Source: Octopus bimaculoides (lineage: Eukaryota). From it: a stretch of 64,000 bases of DNA. Positions 1 to 13,290 of the stretch are shown piece by piece; within the stretch, counting starts at the first letter, position 1, and the number at the start of each line of letters is the position of its first letter. The position numbers and the translations under genes were made by a program. The stretch is taken from positions 71,126,402 through 71,190,401 of the forward strand of contig NC_068984.1 in assembly GCF_001194135.2 (NCBI RefSeq). Reading direction: 5' to 3'. Under the pieces are notes generated by a model, which saw only the letters and a list, made by a program, of their open reading frames with translations, did not search any database and was not told the origin of the DNA.

Positions 1-330
1 TTCTTGGGAATTCAGTGAAATTTCTTCAGCCTTTTTGATTGAATTTTTTAATTATTTTTTAGCATCTCGAAGTATTCTTTTGGTTTGCCCATATGTTGCG
101 GATGATTTGTTATTCAATGACAGTGAAGTGTCTTGGAAACCATCGCTTCATTTGGGAGTGTTGTTAAACAAATCATACAAAAAGGAACCGAGTTTTCTTT
201 TACCGATAAAATAAAACCATATTGGATATAATTTTCATTATATCTTCGTTTTGAAGAGGGGGACTTTTTGTCTCGGTCTTCGTCTTGTTCGCTTTCTCTT
301 TTTTCTGATGTCGCAAAAAAATTTGTCTAT
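1..330 (-). mobile_element. hAT (Buster/Charlie-type) transposase 5' relic with BED zinc finger, pseudogenised
   Basis: Minus strand reads KRRYNENYIQYGFILSVKENSVPFCMICLTTLPNEAMVSKTLHCH*ITNHPQHMGKPKEYFEMLK, matching the N-terminal BED finger of ZBED5/SCAND3-like Buster transposases; in-frame stop; runs off the window start. Confidence 0.8.
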
Positions 331-476
331 GTTTCAATCTAACAATAAAAATCGATTAAAATTAACATAAAATAATTTATGTAAATTATAAAGAAATCAA
401 AAGTTAAAATTTACTAGTACTACTAAATAATTTAATTGCAGACAATCTCGGTTTAAATGGAGCAATGTAATATATT

Positions 477-691
477 CTTTTCTACACTAGGCACCAGGCC
501 CGAAATTTGGGGGAGGGAGCCAGTCGATTAAATTGACCCAAGTGCGCAACTGGTACTTAATATATTGACCCCGAAAAGAAGAAAAGCAAAGTCGATCTCG
601 AAGACATTTGAACTCAGAACGTAAAAACGGACGAAATACCGCGAATCACTTCGCCCGGAGTGCCAACGATTCTGCCAGCTCGCCGCCTTAA
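477..691 (-). mobile_element. tRNA-derived SINE (family A) with 14-bp target-site duplication
   Basis: Minus strand starts GGCGGCGAGCTGGCAGAA (A-box-like) with GAGTTCAAAT (B-box-like); TSD caatgtaatatatt at 463-476 and 692-705; many copies elsewhere in the window. Confidence 0.85.
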
Positions 692-725
692 CAATGTAAT
701 ATATTTTATAATATATTACATTGTT

Positions 726-760
726 ATAATAATAATAACAATAATAATAATAATAATAAC

Positions 761-803
<43 letters not shown>
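726..803. repeat. (AAT)n microsatellite with AAC interruptions
   Basis: Direct reading. Confidence 0.95.
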
Positions 804-805
<2 letters not shown>

Positions 806-996
806 TGCAAAAAAATACTGAATTATCGTTCGTATTAGTTTGTTTAACAAGGGCCATGGTTGGCAGAATCAATACAATGATGGATAGAATGTGCATTGCT
901 TAGTTTACTCTTGAATCCAATTCTTGTCAGGGTTGACTTACCCTTTCTTCCCTATTTGCTGAACAACATAAACCATCTGTTAAGTACTGGAATTCA

Positions 997-1143
997 GGCG
1001 TAGGAGTGTCTGTGTGGTAAGTAGCTTGCTCCTGGGGGGTTCAGTCCCACTGCGTGGCACCTTCGGCAAGTGTCTTGTGCTATAGCCTCGACTAAAGCTT
1101 TGTGAGTGGATTTGGTAGACGGAAACTGAAAAGAAGCCCCTCG

Positions 1144-1180
<37 letters not shown>

Positions 1181-1392
1181 ATGTTTGTGTGTCTTTGTTT
1201 GTCTCCCCAACATCGCTTGACAACCGATGCTGGTATGTTTTCGTCCCCGTAACTTTGCGGTTCTGCAAGAAAATCGATAAAATAAGTATCAGGCTTACAA
1301 AGAATAAGTCCTGGGGTCGATTTCCTCGACTAAAGGCGGTGCTCCAGCATGGCCGCAGTCAAATGACTGAAACATGTAAAATAATAAAAGAG
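997..1392 (+). mobile_element. tRNA-derived SINE (family B), near full length, internal (TA)n(TG)n
   Basis: Head ggcgtaggagtgtctgtgtggtaagtagc...ggttcagtcccactg; tail ...gctccagcatggccgcagtcaaatgactgaaac; homologous copies at 9563-9840, 36264-36447 and tails at 13340-13670, 54490-54605, 60330-60535. Confidence 0.8.
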
Positions 1393-2987
1393 TAATCAGC
1401 TATGCTTTTTCTATCTCCAACTTATATTTAAGCCTCGCATCTATATTTGTAATTAATATTTCTTTAACCATAAGCGCTAAAATAATTTTTATTTCTCACC
1501 TGATCTTTCAAATGAAATATATTTTACACCTAACAATCAAGAGATAAAATTGTTGAAAAGACCCTGAACTGAACGGTAAAACTACATTGATTTGACAATA
1601 TCAGTGTGAATACCATGCTTTATTCGGAAATGAAGTCTTACAGATTACAGCATTACATTAGTTTCAATATTTTGACGCCATCGGAATCTTTGCCGTAATT
1701 TTATTCAGGTATAATGAGCAACGACCTATTTTGAGCATACCGTGCTCAATAACTGCAAACGTTAATCATTCGGGGATTTCAGCATCAAATAACTTCCTGA
1801 TTTATTAGCCATCACCCACAGCACATACCTGTATCAATAGCTTTCTGTCTGTCTGTTTCTCTTTCTTCCTGTCACTTTATCTATATTTCACTCTCTTTAT
1901 TGTAGCCTATGTCTCTCGTTCACATTATCTCTCAAACTCTCAGTCTCTTTAACAATGAAAACGGCTTTATTCGCTGGCAATTCCGATTAGTTATAGCTCT
2001 TGTGGGCATTATTATAAGTTGCAGATTTGAGTAATTCTAGCAAACTTACAAATTTAACACATATGACCATACATAATAATGACTGAACATAGAAAGGGTT
2101 TTATGAGCGAAGAGATTTGTGCTGCAAAGTAAAGTCAGTTCAACTAACATTTGATTCTGTTGTTCTATTGTTCATTTTCTAAGACGTAATGGCAGTTACT
2201 GAATAAATGATTGCTACACACACAGACAAACACACAGACAAATGCAAGAATACACATACAGACACACCGAACGTACATAAACATATGTCAGCACCCACCT
2301 ACATTCTTAACTACACAAATGCATACATGTTCGTAATTTCCTATAAGCATATAATAAGTAGACACATGCTTAATCATGCACGCATACAAATCTGTATATG
2401 CTGTTGTGTAACTGTAAATGTGTGCGCATGCTTCCCTTTGTGTATGCGTTTATGTTTCCATATGCATGCAAACACATATGTTTACAGTAGTCTCCATTAC
2501 TGTAATAGGATAATTGAAGTAATATGCTCTCGTATATGCTCCTATTAATAAACGAATACACGGTCATTCATTTCACTCACACACGCGAACACACGTATGC
2601 AAAATACACTCACACATCTGAGTCTACAATTCATGCACATATACACTAACAGACAATTATTTTGGCACATGTCTTCATAACACACGCATACACACACCAA
2701 CACTCACACGCACGCGCGCTCGCGCAATAATACGCACACACTCCTAAACGTACAGTTCATGCACACCTACATTAACGGACAAATACTTTTGCATGTTTTC
2801 ATAACACACACGTACGCACGCACACACATACACTCTCACTTTTACATATTTGGTATATGCAATATAAGGTCTTATTATTCTAATTTTTACTGGATTTAAA
2901 AGAATAGTAGATTATCATAGGGTTTTAGTCACTCATAAGTTGCTCGGCAATAGCATTTTTAGAGATCTTTACTGATCCGAAAGCTAC

Positions 2988-3031
<44 letters not shown>

Positions 3032-3052
3032 NNNNNNNNNNCTTTCTTTCTT

Positions 3053-3098
<46 letters not shown>

Positions 3099-3129
3099 AG
3101 TCTATATATGTGTGTAGACATGTGCGCAT

Positions 3130-3165
<36 letters not shown>

Positions 3166-3174
3166 CACATAGGC

Positions 3175-3760
3175 TATTCTCCGATTTGGCTAAACGTCAC
3201 ATTTTAACTCAGGGAAAATGTCTGGTGTAACATTGTCCAGCAACCGATTTAGAATATCTTTGCAAAGAATTTGCCAATGGCTAACAAAAAGGAGATTCCA
3301 CGGTATTTATCACAAATGTCTTGGGCTTCTTTCTGATACAAAGAAATGAGAGTGAAATTCTTCATCTTTGTTGAATTTTGTCTGTCATTCACCCTGTGTG
3401 AAATACGGTAGATAAAATTTCCAGTATCTCAGCACCACGTTCTTAAACATATTCAGAAACAATGCTACCATTCCCAGATATGTTTTTCTAGTATACATCA
3501 GTTTTCTGGTATACAAGTTCTTACTACAACCTTAGGATGCAAGACATCACTAAATTGCTGCTACCATTTGGCCTTGATTTCGTTTCGCTTGCGCAGCTGC
3601 ACGCTACCAGTGCTTTCTCTGTCGGGAGGCTTTTAAGATAATTCCTCTGGGGGGCATTTCATTAGACTTTGGGCCCAACAATGATACATCGTTCATTGAG
3701 TACATGTGAAAATTTATTAAAGTTGAACAATATTGTTTTCAAGCAAAGAACAATTTTCAT
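3175..3760 (-). mobile_element. RTE-clade LINE reverse transcriptase relic
   Basis: Minus strand reads ...SGNGSIVSEYV*ERGAEILEILSTVF...FTLISLYQKEAQDICDKYRGISFLLAIGKFFAKI..NRLLDNVTPDIFPE, the GxDG and YRGISLL motifs at the start of the RT domain; stops and frameshifts. Confidence 0.7.
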
Positions 3761-3875
3761 CAAAGCAGTGATATAATTTGTGGACTTGGAACTTTTTGCA
3801 AAGCTGCATGATAAACAACATTTTTTGTCTTCCCATTCCGGCGTCAGTACAATTTATTTTTCTATTTATAATAAT

Positions 3876-3996
3876 CTTCTTCTTCTTCTTCTTCTTCTTC
3901 TTCTTCTTCTTCTTCTTCTTCTTCTTCTTCTTCTTCTTCTTCTTCTTCTTCTTCTTCTTCTTCTTCTTCTTCTTCTTCTTCTTCTTCTTCTTCTTC
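3876..3996. repeat. (CTT)n microsatellite, about 40 units
   Basis: Direct reading; explains the poly-K/F/L ORFs at 3717-4218. Confidence 0.95.
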
Positions 3997-6105
3997 TCAT
4001 TGTTTTCAACCATTACCATCACTAGTACAACCACTATAGCCACCACAACTGCCATAAAAACATCATGCAGACTTCTGTCGCCACCGCCATCAGTACCTTT
4101 GACTTCGCTGTCTTCCCCTCCTCCACCATCACCACTGACGTTCACATCACTTACTCTCACCGTCTTCTATGACCACCACGAAGACCACCACCTTCATCGC
4201 CACCGCCTCCGCCTCTAGCACAACTACAATTCATACAATTACTGTCACCCCATTACGATCACAAAAAGTCTAAATGTGTGTGTTCGTTCAGTATGTTATT
4301 CAGCATGTTACTTCAGTGTTCAGACCCTCTTTCTTTCTCTCTTATCAGTACTCCCACTACAACCATCAGCACTACTCCCACTGCCGCCATCAACACTACC
4401 CCTTTTAATGAAAACATCAACAACTCTCCCTAAATTTCTTTGTCTCTCTTTCTCTCTCTCCCTCTCTCTATTCGCCACTCTCACCATCTCTACGCCTACT
4501 ATTACTCTCACCCCATCATAAGGAATAGTAGCAGTCGCATTGAATAGTGAGAGAGGGGGGATAAATGTGACACACTGGAACAATATGAAGTGAAGTGTTT
4601 TCACCAGTTCAAGAAACGAAACCACAATCTTGCGATCGTGAATATAACACCCGTATTCATTAAACCACGCGCGTCCACACATTCACGCTTATACTCATAT
4701 ATACATATATGCACACATACAGTAACACTTACATGTGATTCTGTTCACATTTGAATACATACAGCAATGCGCAAATGTAATGAATAGATACACATCTTTA
4801 CATAAGTGGTTATATGTACGTATAATTGTGTGTGTAAGTATGTACCTGTTTGTTTGTATGTATGATTATGCTACATTAAATATTAGTCAGTTTGTACATT
4901 TACTGGTGCTGATGATAATGATGCTAATGTCTGTAATAATGTCGATGACATTAATGACGATTATGGTGAAAATGAAGTGTAGAGGTGGAAGAGAGGGAAA
5001 ACAGCTTTCAAATTCAAGTTTATTACTAGACTTTGTGAATTTTCTTCAGTAAAGAGTGGTAGAAGTGGAGTAGGAGAAGTCGAGGTAGTTTCATTAATAG
5101 ACGTCGTCAAAGTTCTTAAGTTTGGCAATGCAGTAAGAGCTTCAGAGACAGAAGACGAAATAGAGGGGTTGGAGAAAATAGTTTTTTATGAAATTGTCAA
5201 CGTTTTCAGGTATGATAAATACGATTTGAATATTAAAAACAAAACAAACAACAAATCTAAAACCTTCATTTTTATTATTCAGACATTTTAAAACGTGGTG
5301 TTATTTGCTTTTTCATATCTTGTCATCTTGTTAATACCAGCGACTCGCATTGCTGTAGGCCACATTTAACTGCAAGGATATCATAGTCATGAAATAAAAA
5401 AGAAGGTGGATGATGTAAAAAGAGGAGAATATGAATGAGAGTAACGGTGCTTTTTATTACCATAGGTTGTAAAAATAATAAAGTGATTGTAGGAAAAGAA
5501 AGAATAGGATTCGAAGTTGGTTTAATTATATAAGATGTGGTCGAGGTGAAGCTTCTCAAATTTTATCTTCTCGCTCTACTAGTTACAAAATTTTCTTCAT
5601 TGCAACCCACGATGATGTGTTATTCTGTCATTAGCCATTTTGTATATTATATATTTTACCAATGTACATTTGTGGTCTTTTCAAAAATGTTTGTTTTTGC
5701 CACTAAATGCATTCATTCTGTTACATTTGTACGCTTTTTGTCTTTACATATTCTGTTATGTATACATACGTATATATACATGTATAGAAGGAGATATGCA
5801 TATACATACATTCATGCCGGTATACAGCTAAAGATAAACATACATGCATACATATGTACACACCCACACAAACATATATATGTATACACACGCGCATACA
5901 CTTATACACCTATATATTTAATACATACATATATAAACATTCATATATATNNNNNNNNNNNNNNNNNNNNNNNNNNNNNNNNNNNNNNNNNNNNNNNNNN
6001 NNNNNNNNNNNNNNNNNNNNNNNNNNNNNNNNNNNNNNNNNNNNNNNNNNNNNNNNNNNNNNNNNNNNNNNNNNNNNNNNNNNNNNNNNNNNNNNNNNNN
6101 NNNNN

Positions 6106-6146
<41 letters not shown>

Positions 6147-9100
6147 GTATATGTGTGTGTGTGTGTCTGTGTGTGTCTCTGTATGAGTGTGTGTGTGTAT
6201 GCATCGATGTTTAGCTTCCATTTTTGTTTTTATCATCTGGTTAATTAACTATGAAATTTGATAAGTAATGTTGAAAATTAACAAATAAACATACAAGAAT
6301 CAAATTATTTAGTTACAGTAGAATAATAAATAACGAAAAGAGACAAAATGTCTCCCTTTAACACAAACAAATTTAGATGTATAAAACTAAATATATTAGC
6401 ATAAACATTATGACAAATAGTTTATCTGTAGTATGCAAATATTTATGATAACTCTTCATAATTAGGTACAGCTGTCACTTTGCATGAGCAATACATGTAA
6501 TGTACAAATTTACCATCTTTTTATTTTTTATATTTGTTGATATAAATATATTTGTGTGCTTGGTGTGTGTGTGTGTGTGTGTATGTGNNNNNNNNNNNNN
6601 NNNNNNNNNNNNNNNNNNNNNNNNNNNNNNNNNNNNNNNNNNNNNNNNNNNNNNNNNNNNNNNNNNNNNNNNNNNNNNNNNNNNNNNNNNNNNNNNNNNN
6701 NNNNNNNNNNNNNNNNNNNNNNNNNNNNNNNNNNNNNNNNNNNNNNNNNNNNNNNNNNNNNNNNNNNNNNNNNNNNNNNNNNNNNNNNNNNNNNNNNNNN
6801 NNNNNNNNNNNNNNNNNNNNNNNNNNNNNNNNNNNNNNNNNTGTTGATATAAATATATTTGTGTGCTTGGTGTGTGTGTGTGTGTGTGTATGTGCGTGTG
6901 TGTGTGTGTGTATGTTTGTGTGTGTGTGTTATTTTGCTTACGCTTGTGTTGTCTATATCTACCATCATCTTTGCATTTTACTTTCTTTGTATTATTGATC
7001 TTCGTTATTTATAAGACAGGAAGAAATGGTTTACAAATAACAAATATTGCAAATTATTTTACTTCTAATACTTTTATATTTTCTTCTTTCTATTCTTTAC
7101 TTTTGCATTTCTTGCATCATTCCGATACAAAATAAAAAGTATAAAATATGAAAGAAAGAAATGAAAAGTACGCATATAGAAAGATGTCTAGAGTAAACAC
7201 CTATGAAATAATATAATTGGTACAAACAGTCACTGGAATGAAAGCATAACAAGCCAAGGCAAGCCAGGAACTATTTTAGATGTTCTTCTTTGAGTCAGTA
7301 TAATATTGCTCTTGCTTTCGGTGTCGTTAATATTTAGCACCAGTCTAGTTGTCGACGAAGAGACCTGCGATCAAAAGGATTCTTGTAATGTGTTTCCAGG
7401 AACACATTATCCAGTGTGTATTTATGTATGAATGACGTTTAACAGCTAATTCTCGCGGCCGTGTTCTAAACTCTTTTACTGTCTTGTGTTTGATGTTGTT
7501 GGTGTCTTTGTTGTTATTGCATAGTCTCTTCATACTCAGTTCTACTTTAACACACAATACGTTGCAGTGAGGTAAATAAATGATCGAACGACTCATTTAA
7601 AATGTCTGCATAATCATTGGTATGTAGCATTGTTGAATTTAATATCTTGAATTTTAGAGCACTAGTTCAATTAAAAATTTTAGAAAGAGAGATGCTTCTG
7701 TTAATGTTGCTGTCGTATAAAGAAAATCTACTCAACTGTCTGGCATAATTTTCCTCACAGCTTATGTGTATTTACTACTGCTACTACATTATAATGGCCA
7801 CTACGCCTCGTAGCAGGTTGGTGCTAAATAACTTCCAGTTAGGCACTTACGGCTTATGTGTTTACTTTATTTTCGTCACTCATATTGTATTATAAGCACT
7901 AGCATTGCATTATATTACCGAATATCAAAACCTTCCCCATAAGAAAGTCGGCCTTCACGAATTTCTTTCTTCCTTACGTCTTTCTTTCAGATGCTGTATA
8001 TAAAAGTCTGAGAGGAACGTTAACAATTTCGCTTATGGAGAACATACGAAGACTATGGACAATGCGAAAAAAGTTTGTTTGTTGTACTATCAGTTACTAA
8101 TATCAGAAATTAATACTAATATAATAAAATCTTTTCGATTGGTTGAAATATATGACGAACAACTGGAGCTGTGTTTTTTTTCATCTTTAGGTATAAAATG
8201 TCGTTCCGTAAAATGTTGTTTCTATTTCAGTGTTGTTGGAAACACTCTTGGTGTTGGAAATACTCTTCACATGCGACATTATATAGGTTGAGTTACTGAC
8301 TAGATGCAATACACTTTTGCTGATTATTTTTAAGGTATTTTTATTGTTCCCTGTCACAATTTTATTCTTTAAAAATTACATTTTTGTATTTTGCCGCCTG
8401 GAATTAAGAAACCTTCATACGCTGCATTATATGGTTTTCGTCACCAATTTTGCTGATTATATTAAATGTATTGTTTATTGTTGCCAATTTTATTCATTTA
8501 AAATTCCATTTTTAGATCTTGCCACTTGGAAATAATTAATTGATATAAGTTCTTATCTGGTGATTTATTCCATCTATTTCGAACAGATAGAAATCTAAGA
8601 TGATATAAGTAGGTTTAACAATCGAATCATCAAGAAACCGTAATAAAATGTTGCAATCTTACTATTTAACAACTTTGCCAACTCTTTCTATTTGGTAAAA
8701 AAATCATGTGTAGGTTTGGATACTTTTTGTGTTTTTTATGAACTTCACTGTTTAAATAGTTTTAGTTTGGTTTGTTTGTCATTTTAACTATGGTAGGATA
8801 ATTTCTGGCAGTGACTCGGCTGCTACATAAAGCACGTATATCTTCAGAGATATCATTTACTGACTGGTACTTCTAGCTGTCGTTAGTGGCTGGCTTTACT
8901 TCAGGTCTTATTGAGTAGACAAGCTTTTGATCAAAGACGCTTCAACGAAAGTTGCCTCATATTACTTTCAGACATTATTTTCATTTTTCATGGTGTGAAG
9001 TACAGAAATAATATTTGGCCAATCGTGTTGATTTAAATTTGCAAAAAAAAAAAAAAATAGAAAGAAAAGAAAGAAAATGAAGTAAAGGTGTCTATCTTTA

Positions 9101-9562
9101 ATACAAAAAAAATAATAGATCTTTTGGCAGGTGATAAATGTATATCTTGGATATCGTCGGTTTCTATTTGCTGTCTTTATTTGTAGTTTTTGATATCGAA
9201 TATTACTCTATAATGAAAATATAGATAGTTTTATAGAAATGCATAAGACGTCTAAAGAAATATTAACATTTCTAACTGGAAAAATTGTCAATTGAACAGC
9301 GATTGTGTTTTAGAAAAGTTACATTAAAATACAAATAATCACTAATGTAAAATACTAGTGGTATGCTAATGCATTGTAAAATACATATTATATATTGATG
9401 ACACCGATATAAAAACATTCCGAACTTGAAAATTCACTAAGAGTTTAGGTATTGGGGAGAAGCTTTAATAGATTTTTCGGATAGCTTCCTTATCACTTCC
9501 TACATTGTATGCCGATAAAGATAATAAGTTATTACTTTTTACTTATTTCAAACATTAGACTG

Positions 9563-9840
9563 TAGCCATGCTGGAGTACTGCTTTGGAGAATTTTAGTCG
9601 AACTAATACATCCCAGTACATATTTATAAAAGCTTGGTACCTAGTGAATCGGTCTCTTTAGCCGGTAATTGACCAACACCAGGCTTCTTTCTGTTTCCGC
9701 TTACCAGATCTGCAAATCCTCTTACAAGGCATTGGTTGGTTCGACACGATACAAAAAGACACATGCCCGATGTGCCTTGCAAGGGGACTTTACCGGGAAC
9801 TATGTGGTCGGGAAGCAAGCTTCTTACCACACAGCCACGT
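9563..9840 (-). mobile_element. SINE family B copy
   Basis: Reverse complement of the head (cttcttaccacacagccac) and tail (ccatgctggagtactgc) of the 997-1392 element. Confidence 0.7.
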
Positions 9841-10339
9841 TAGTAGGCTTTCAATGTTAGGTGGACCTAAGCGTTGTTTGGAGCAACGTCTATACCACAT
9901 CAATACATATAAATGCAAAGGGCCTGCGCAGAAGTAGGTTAAATGTTAAGATAAAGAAAAAAAGAAAATGATTCGTAACATAAAGCCAAAGTTATTACAA
10001 TTAAGAAAAACTTACGTCGATTAAAACAATCGCATCACTTGACGAAATTGATCATACAAGCATGAATAGAAAGATCGACTTCGGCTATATTTGAAATGTA
10101 TAATCTAAAGAGACATGACACGCATTAATGTTGTTTAGCACATGTTCAAATATGATCGAGTATACATATCAAAAGGGCTCTACTCACGACATGAAATCTT
10201 ATATTTAAGCTAGTATATATTGGACTGTGTGACAAAGACATACTACGAATATTGATGGTGCTTTTGTCTTCTGGAACTACGAAGCTTGCCATGATTCTCC
10301 TATGTATTGCAGCATGATATTTATTGGCTTTTTGCTGAG

Positions 10340-10470
10340 GGTGCTAGAGTTTTATTTCTTGGCGCACTAGCAGACTCGTTAGAAAAGCTTATGGCATTTG
10401 CTCCCGGTTCTAGGTTCAAATCCTCTGATCTACAACTTTGCTTTTCATTATTTTTGGGTCGATAAACAGA
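10340..10470 (+). mobile_element. Degenerate SINE family A copy
   Basis: tagcagactcgttag...ggttcaaatcc...actttgcttttcat...gggtcgataaa matches the family A body. Confidence 0.55.
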
Positions 10471-10802
10471 CGTCATGATCTTCAAGGTTTCGATTCTCAC
10501 ATTTATTTGCTTTCTCTCTCTCCCTCTCTTCTCAGAAAAAATCGGCTGTGGTCAAATCTAGAGAGAGATGAGTTTCACTCAGCCGAAAAGAGCACATGAC
10601 ACACTATATGTTACTACAAAGCCTCACTAACTCGCTCAGGTTCTGAAGGTTCAAGGCAATGCAAGAGTTTTATATAACAAGAATAACTGATATTGCAAGA
10701 TGAGTAACCAAAAACGTGAGTGTACATGTAAGTTATCCTGTATAGCACTTCTTGAAGATGTTAGGCGAAAATTGAATGAAGCCCATATGTACATATCTAT
10801 GC

Positions 10803-11187
10803 GAGTAGGAGATGAAGAAAATACCATCTTGACTGGGCTGTTAATCAACAGTCTAGACTGTTGATTAACAGCCCAGTCAAGATGGTATTTTCTTCATCTC
10901 CTACTCTTGTATTTTCACGCATTTACAAAATGACTTTCTGAAATGAACTTCTATTATGTAGCTGAGAAGTACATTTTCATTGCACATCTTATGTGGTGTT
11001 CTCACAACATAAATAAATGAAGTTTGTACGAAACGTACGTACTGCTATAACCTAATACATTTTTGTTGCTTTTCTTCAAATTTTATTCACCAAATCTCTT
11101 GATTTTGTTTTTGGTTTTTACCCTACCAAATTCTGGTGCCACATACATTTTAAGTACCACATTTAATCTTTTGATTAAATCTATATT
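10803..11187. mobile_element. Foldback/palindromic element copy 1 (perfect 104-bp palindrome plus one long arm)
   Basis: 10803-10906 is its own reverse complement (centre TCTAGA); 10853-11187 is homologous to the 58990-59482 element. Confidence 0.7.
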
Positions 11188-12168
11188 ATATGTATATATA
11201 TACATATACATAGCAACCTTTCTTGTTATTCAGTTATCTATCAAGATTTGGTTAAAACTCAAACATATATAAAACCAAGGTAAGCGAAGTAACTATAGTG
11301 GTTGCAACACAATGCTTTACTCCTATGTTGGCATTACAAATGAACTACAACTGAGCAGTTTCTAGTTTTCGATTATATTAATCAATGAAACAATAATTAC
11401 ATTCTATCCAAGGATGATTGTTAGCTTATAAATATTTAAAGGGGTGCAAAAACACTTAAAATATTTCTCCTAATTTGCATAAGAACACATACGATGCCAA
11501 ATTTCTTAATTAATGAAGTAATTATGATTTGATAAATATTTGAGTGGACTAAAATCTACGTTGATGAATGTATAGTGAAAGAGATAAAATCTTATTTAAC
11601 TGCGAAACTAATATTATACGATTGTGGATAGATCTATACTTTATTATATTTGAGAAAATATTTTCCAAAATTAAAGATTATTTATTATATATGAAAATCT
11701 TTCTGAATACAATATCAACACAATCCTGCTGGAAGAAAGCTTTCCATGGGCACTTTTCTCTGAGGTCCGGTTTTTTGATGTGTTATAAATTAATTCTTAT
11801 AGGAATGATTCTATCGGTTTTCATTATTCCCGGTTTAGGTTCTGGTTGAAATTCTTTAGGAAACATTCTTTCGAAAAAGAAAGTTGAGTTTCTTATTCGA
11901 AAAATTCGAAAAATTTCAACATCTTTACTGCATACAATATTCCCTTAAAGATGTCTTTTTTTGCGGTTTTCGCTCGTGTATTCTGATGTGTAACATTCAT
12001 TCTGTTTCTATGTTGTCGATATTGTTCACTTATAGGCATTACATGCAGAGATCTGTGTGTGTATTTATGTGTGTGGGTAGAATTTCATAATTTTGCCACC
12101 ATCATTCTATGTACATTATTTATATTATTTACATTTGACGAATATTTGTCCTCGTTCTTGTTTGTTGT

Positions 12169-12270
12169 TAACACAACGTTTCGCCTGATATACCCCACCA
12201 CCAGCCTTCACCAGGTGTCTTGGGGAAATTTCGAACCTGGGTTCTCACTCCTAAGGTAGTTTTCGATATT
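12169..12270 (-). ncRNA. Degenerate type I hammerhead motif in a solo Penelope-like terminal fragment
   Basis: Minus strand gacac-CTGGTGA-aggctggtggtggggtatatcaggc-GAAA-cgtt-gtgtt: stem I gacac/gtgtt, palindromic AACGTT stem III, core A6 changed to G. Confidence 0.55.
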
Positions 12271-12271
12271 A

Positions 12272-12309
12272 TTATTACTATTATTATAATAATAATAATA
12301 ATAATAATA

Positions 12310-12366
<57 letters not shown>
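12272..12366. repeat. (AAT)n/(ATT)n microsatellite
   Basis: Direct reading. Confidence 0.95.
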
Positions 12367-12379
12367 AATATACATATGA

Positions 12380-13290
12380 AAATTACAAAATCCTCTTTTT
12401 TTTTGCTTTTTTATAGCAACGTATTCCTTTACAGTTTTGTCATGTGAGAGCTTCCTTGCAATGCCATTTTCTAGAGACAATATACATAAGGAATTTAAGT
12501 CATGGTAGATCGAAATTTATTCTTTATAAAGGAAAGCTTTGAGAAATTCTTTTCTGCTTCATTGCTCGTGGTAGGCATTGACAAGTACAGCTCAAGTGCA
12601 GTAGTAATATTAGGGAACACTCAAATTCCGTGAAGTTGACTTTGCCTTTGGTGCTTTCGTGTCGATAAATTAATCACTAGTTGCGTACTGGGGTCGATCT
12701 AAAATTTTGGACCTTGTGCTCGAAGTAGAAAAGAATGTTAGGGAACACGTCAATTAATTGTTGCTCATAAATAAACTGAAGAACTTCTGTGCATTGTATT
12801 TTTGATGGTATATTTTCTTCTGTGTTCCGCGATTTCCTAAGGTTAAGTTCTCTTTGAACTGATAACACTCATTTATTAATTTGTGGTCTTTGTAATGCGA
12901 AATAATTTTGATACTGTCCTCATCAAATTCTGAATTGCTATTCAAATCTAACAGAAACTTGAACCCTTTCGCAATCTGCTCATATGGGTCTACCCTCTTG
13001 CTTAACTAAATTAGACTTGATTTAGAACTTCTATTCTAAACTTTCCAACCCCTTTCAAAGAAGCCCTATCACTTGTTCCATCTGCAAATTTCTTTGTAAC
13101 AATGCGTTTGGAAACATCAGATTAATTTGAGGTGATATATTTACATAAACATTTTGCTACTGTTTCATAGTGTGCAATTCTGTCGGCTGAATTTTCTCCC
13201 AGATCTTTAACAAATAAAAGCAAAAATACTAGCAGAAGGTAACCTTCAAATACATCAAAACCAGGGGTTTGGAGTTTCTTATTTGTCTTA
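12380..13290 (-). mobile_element. hAT transposase C-terminal relic (hATC dimerisation domain), interrupted by a SINE
   Basis: Minus strand reads KFRIEVLNQV...KRVDPYEQIAKGFKFLL...LINECYQFKE...QFIYEQQLIDVFPNI|TTALELYLSMPTTSNEAEKNFSKLSFIKNKFRSTMT..LNSLCILSLE, the typical ERSFSxLxxIKxxxRSTM motif. Confidence 0.8.
12621..12737 (+). mobile_element. 5'-truncated SINE family A inside the hAT relic
   Basis: SINE 3' half (tcaaattcc...gtagaaaagaat) flanked by 11-bp TSD ttagggaacac at 12610-12620 and 12738-12748. Confidence 0.8.

Noticed and set aside
6534-6900. Identical sequence on both sides of the 6588-6841 gap
   Set aside because: Most likely contig-end overlap around a collapsed (TG)n tract, an assembly artefact.
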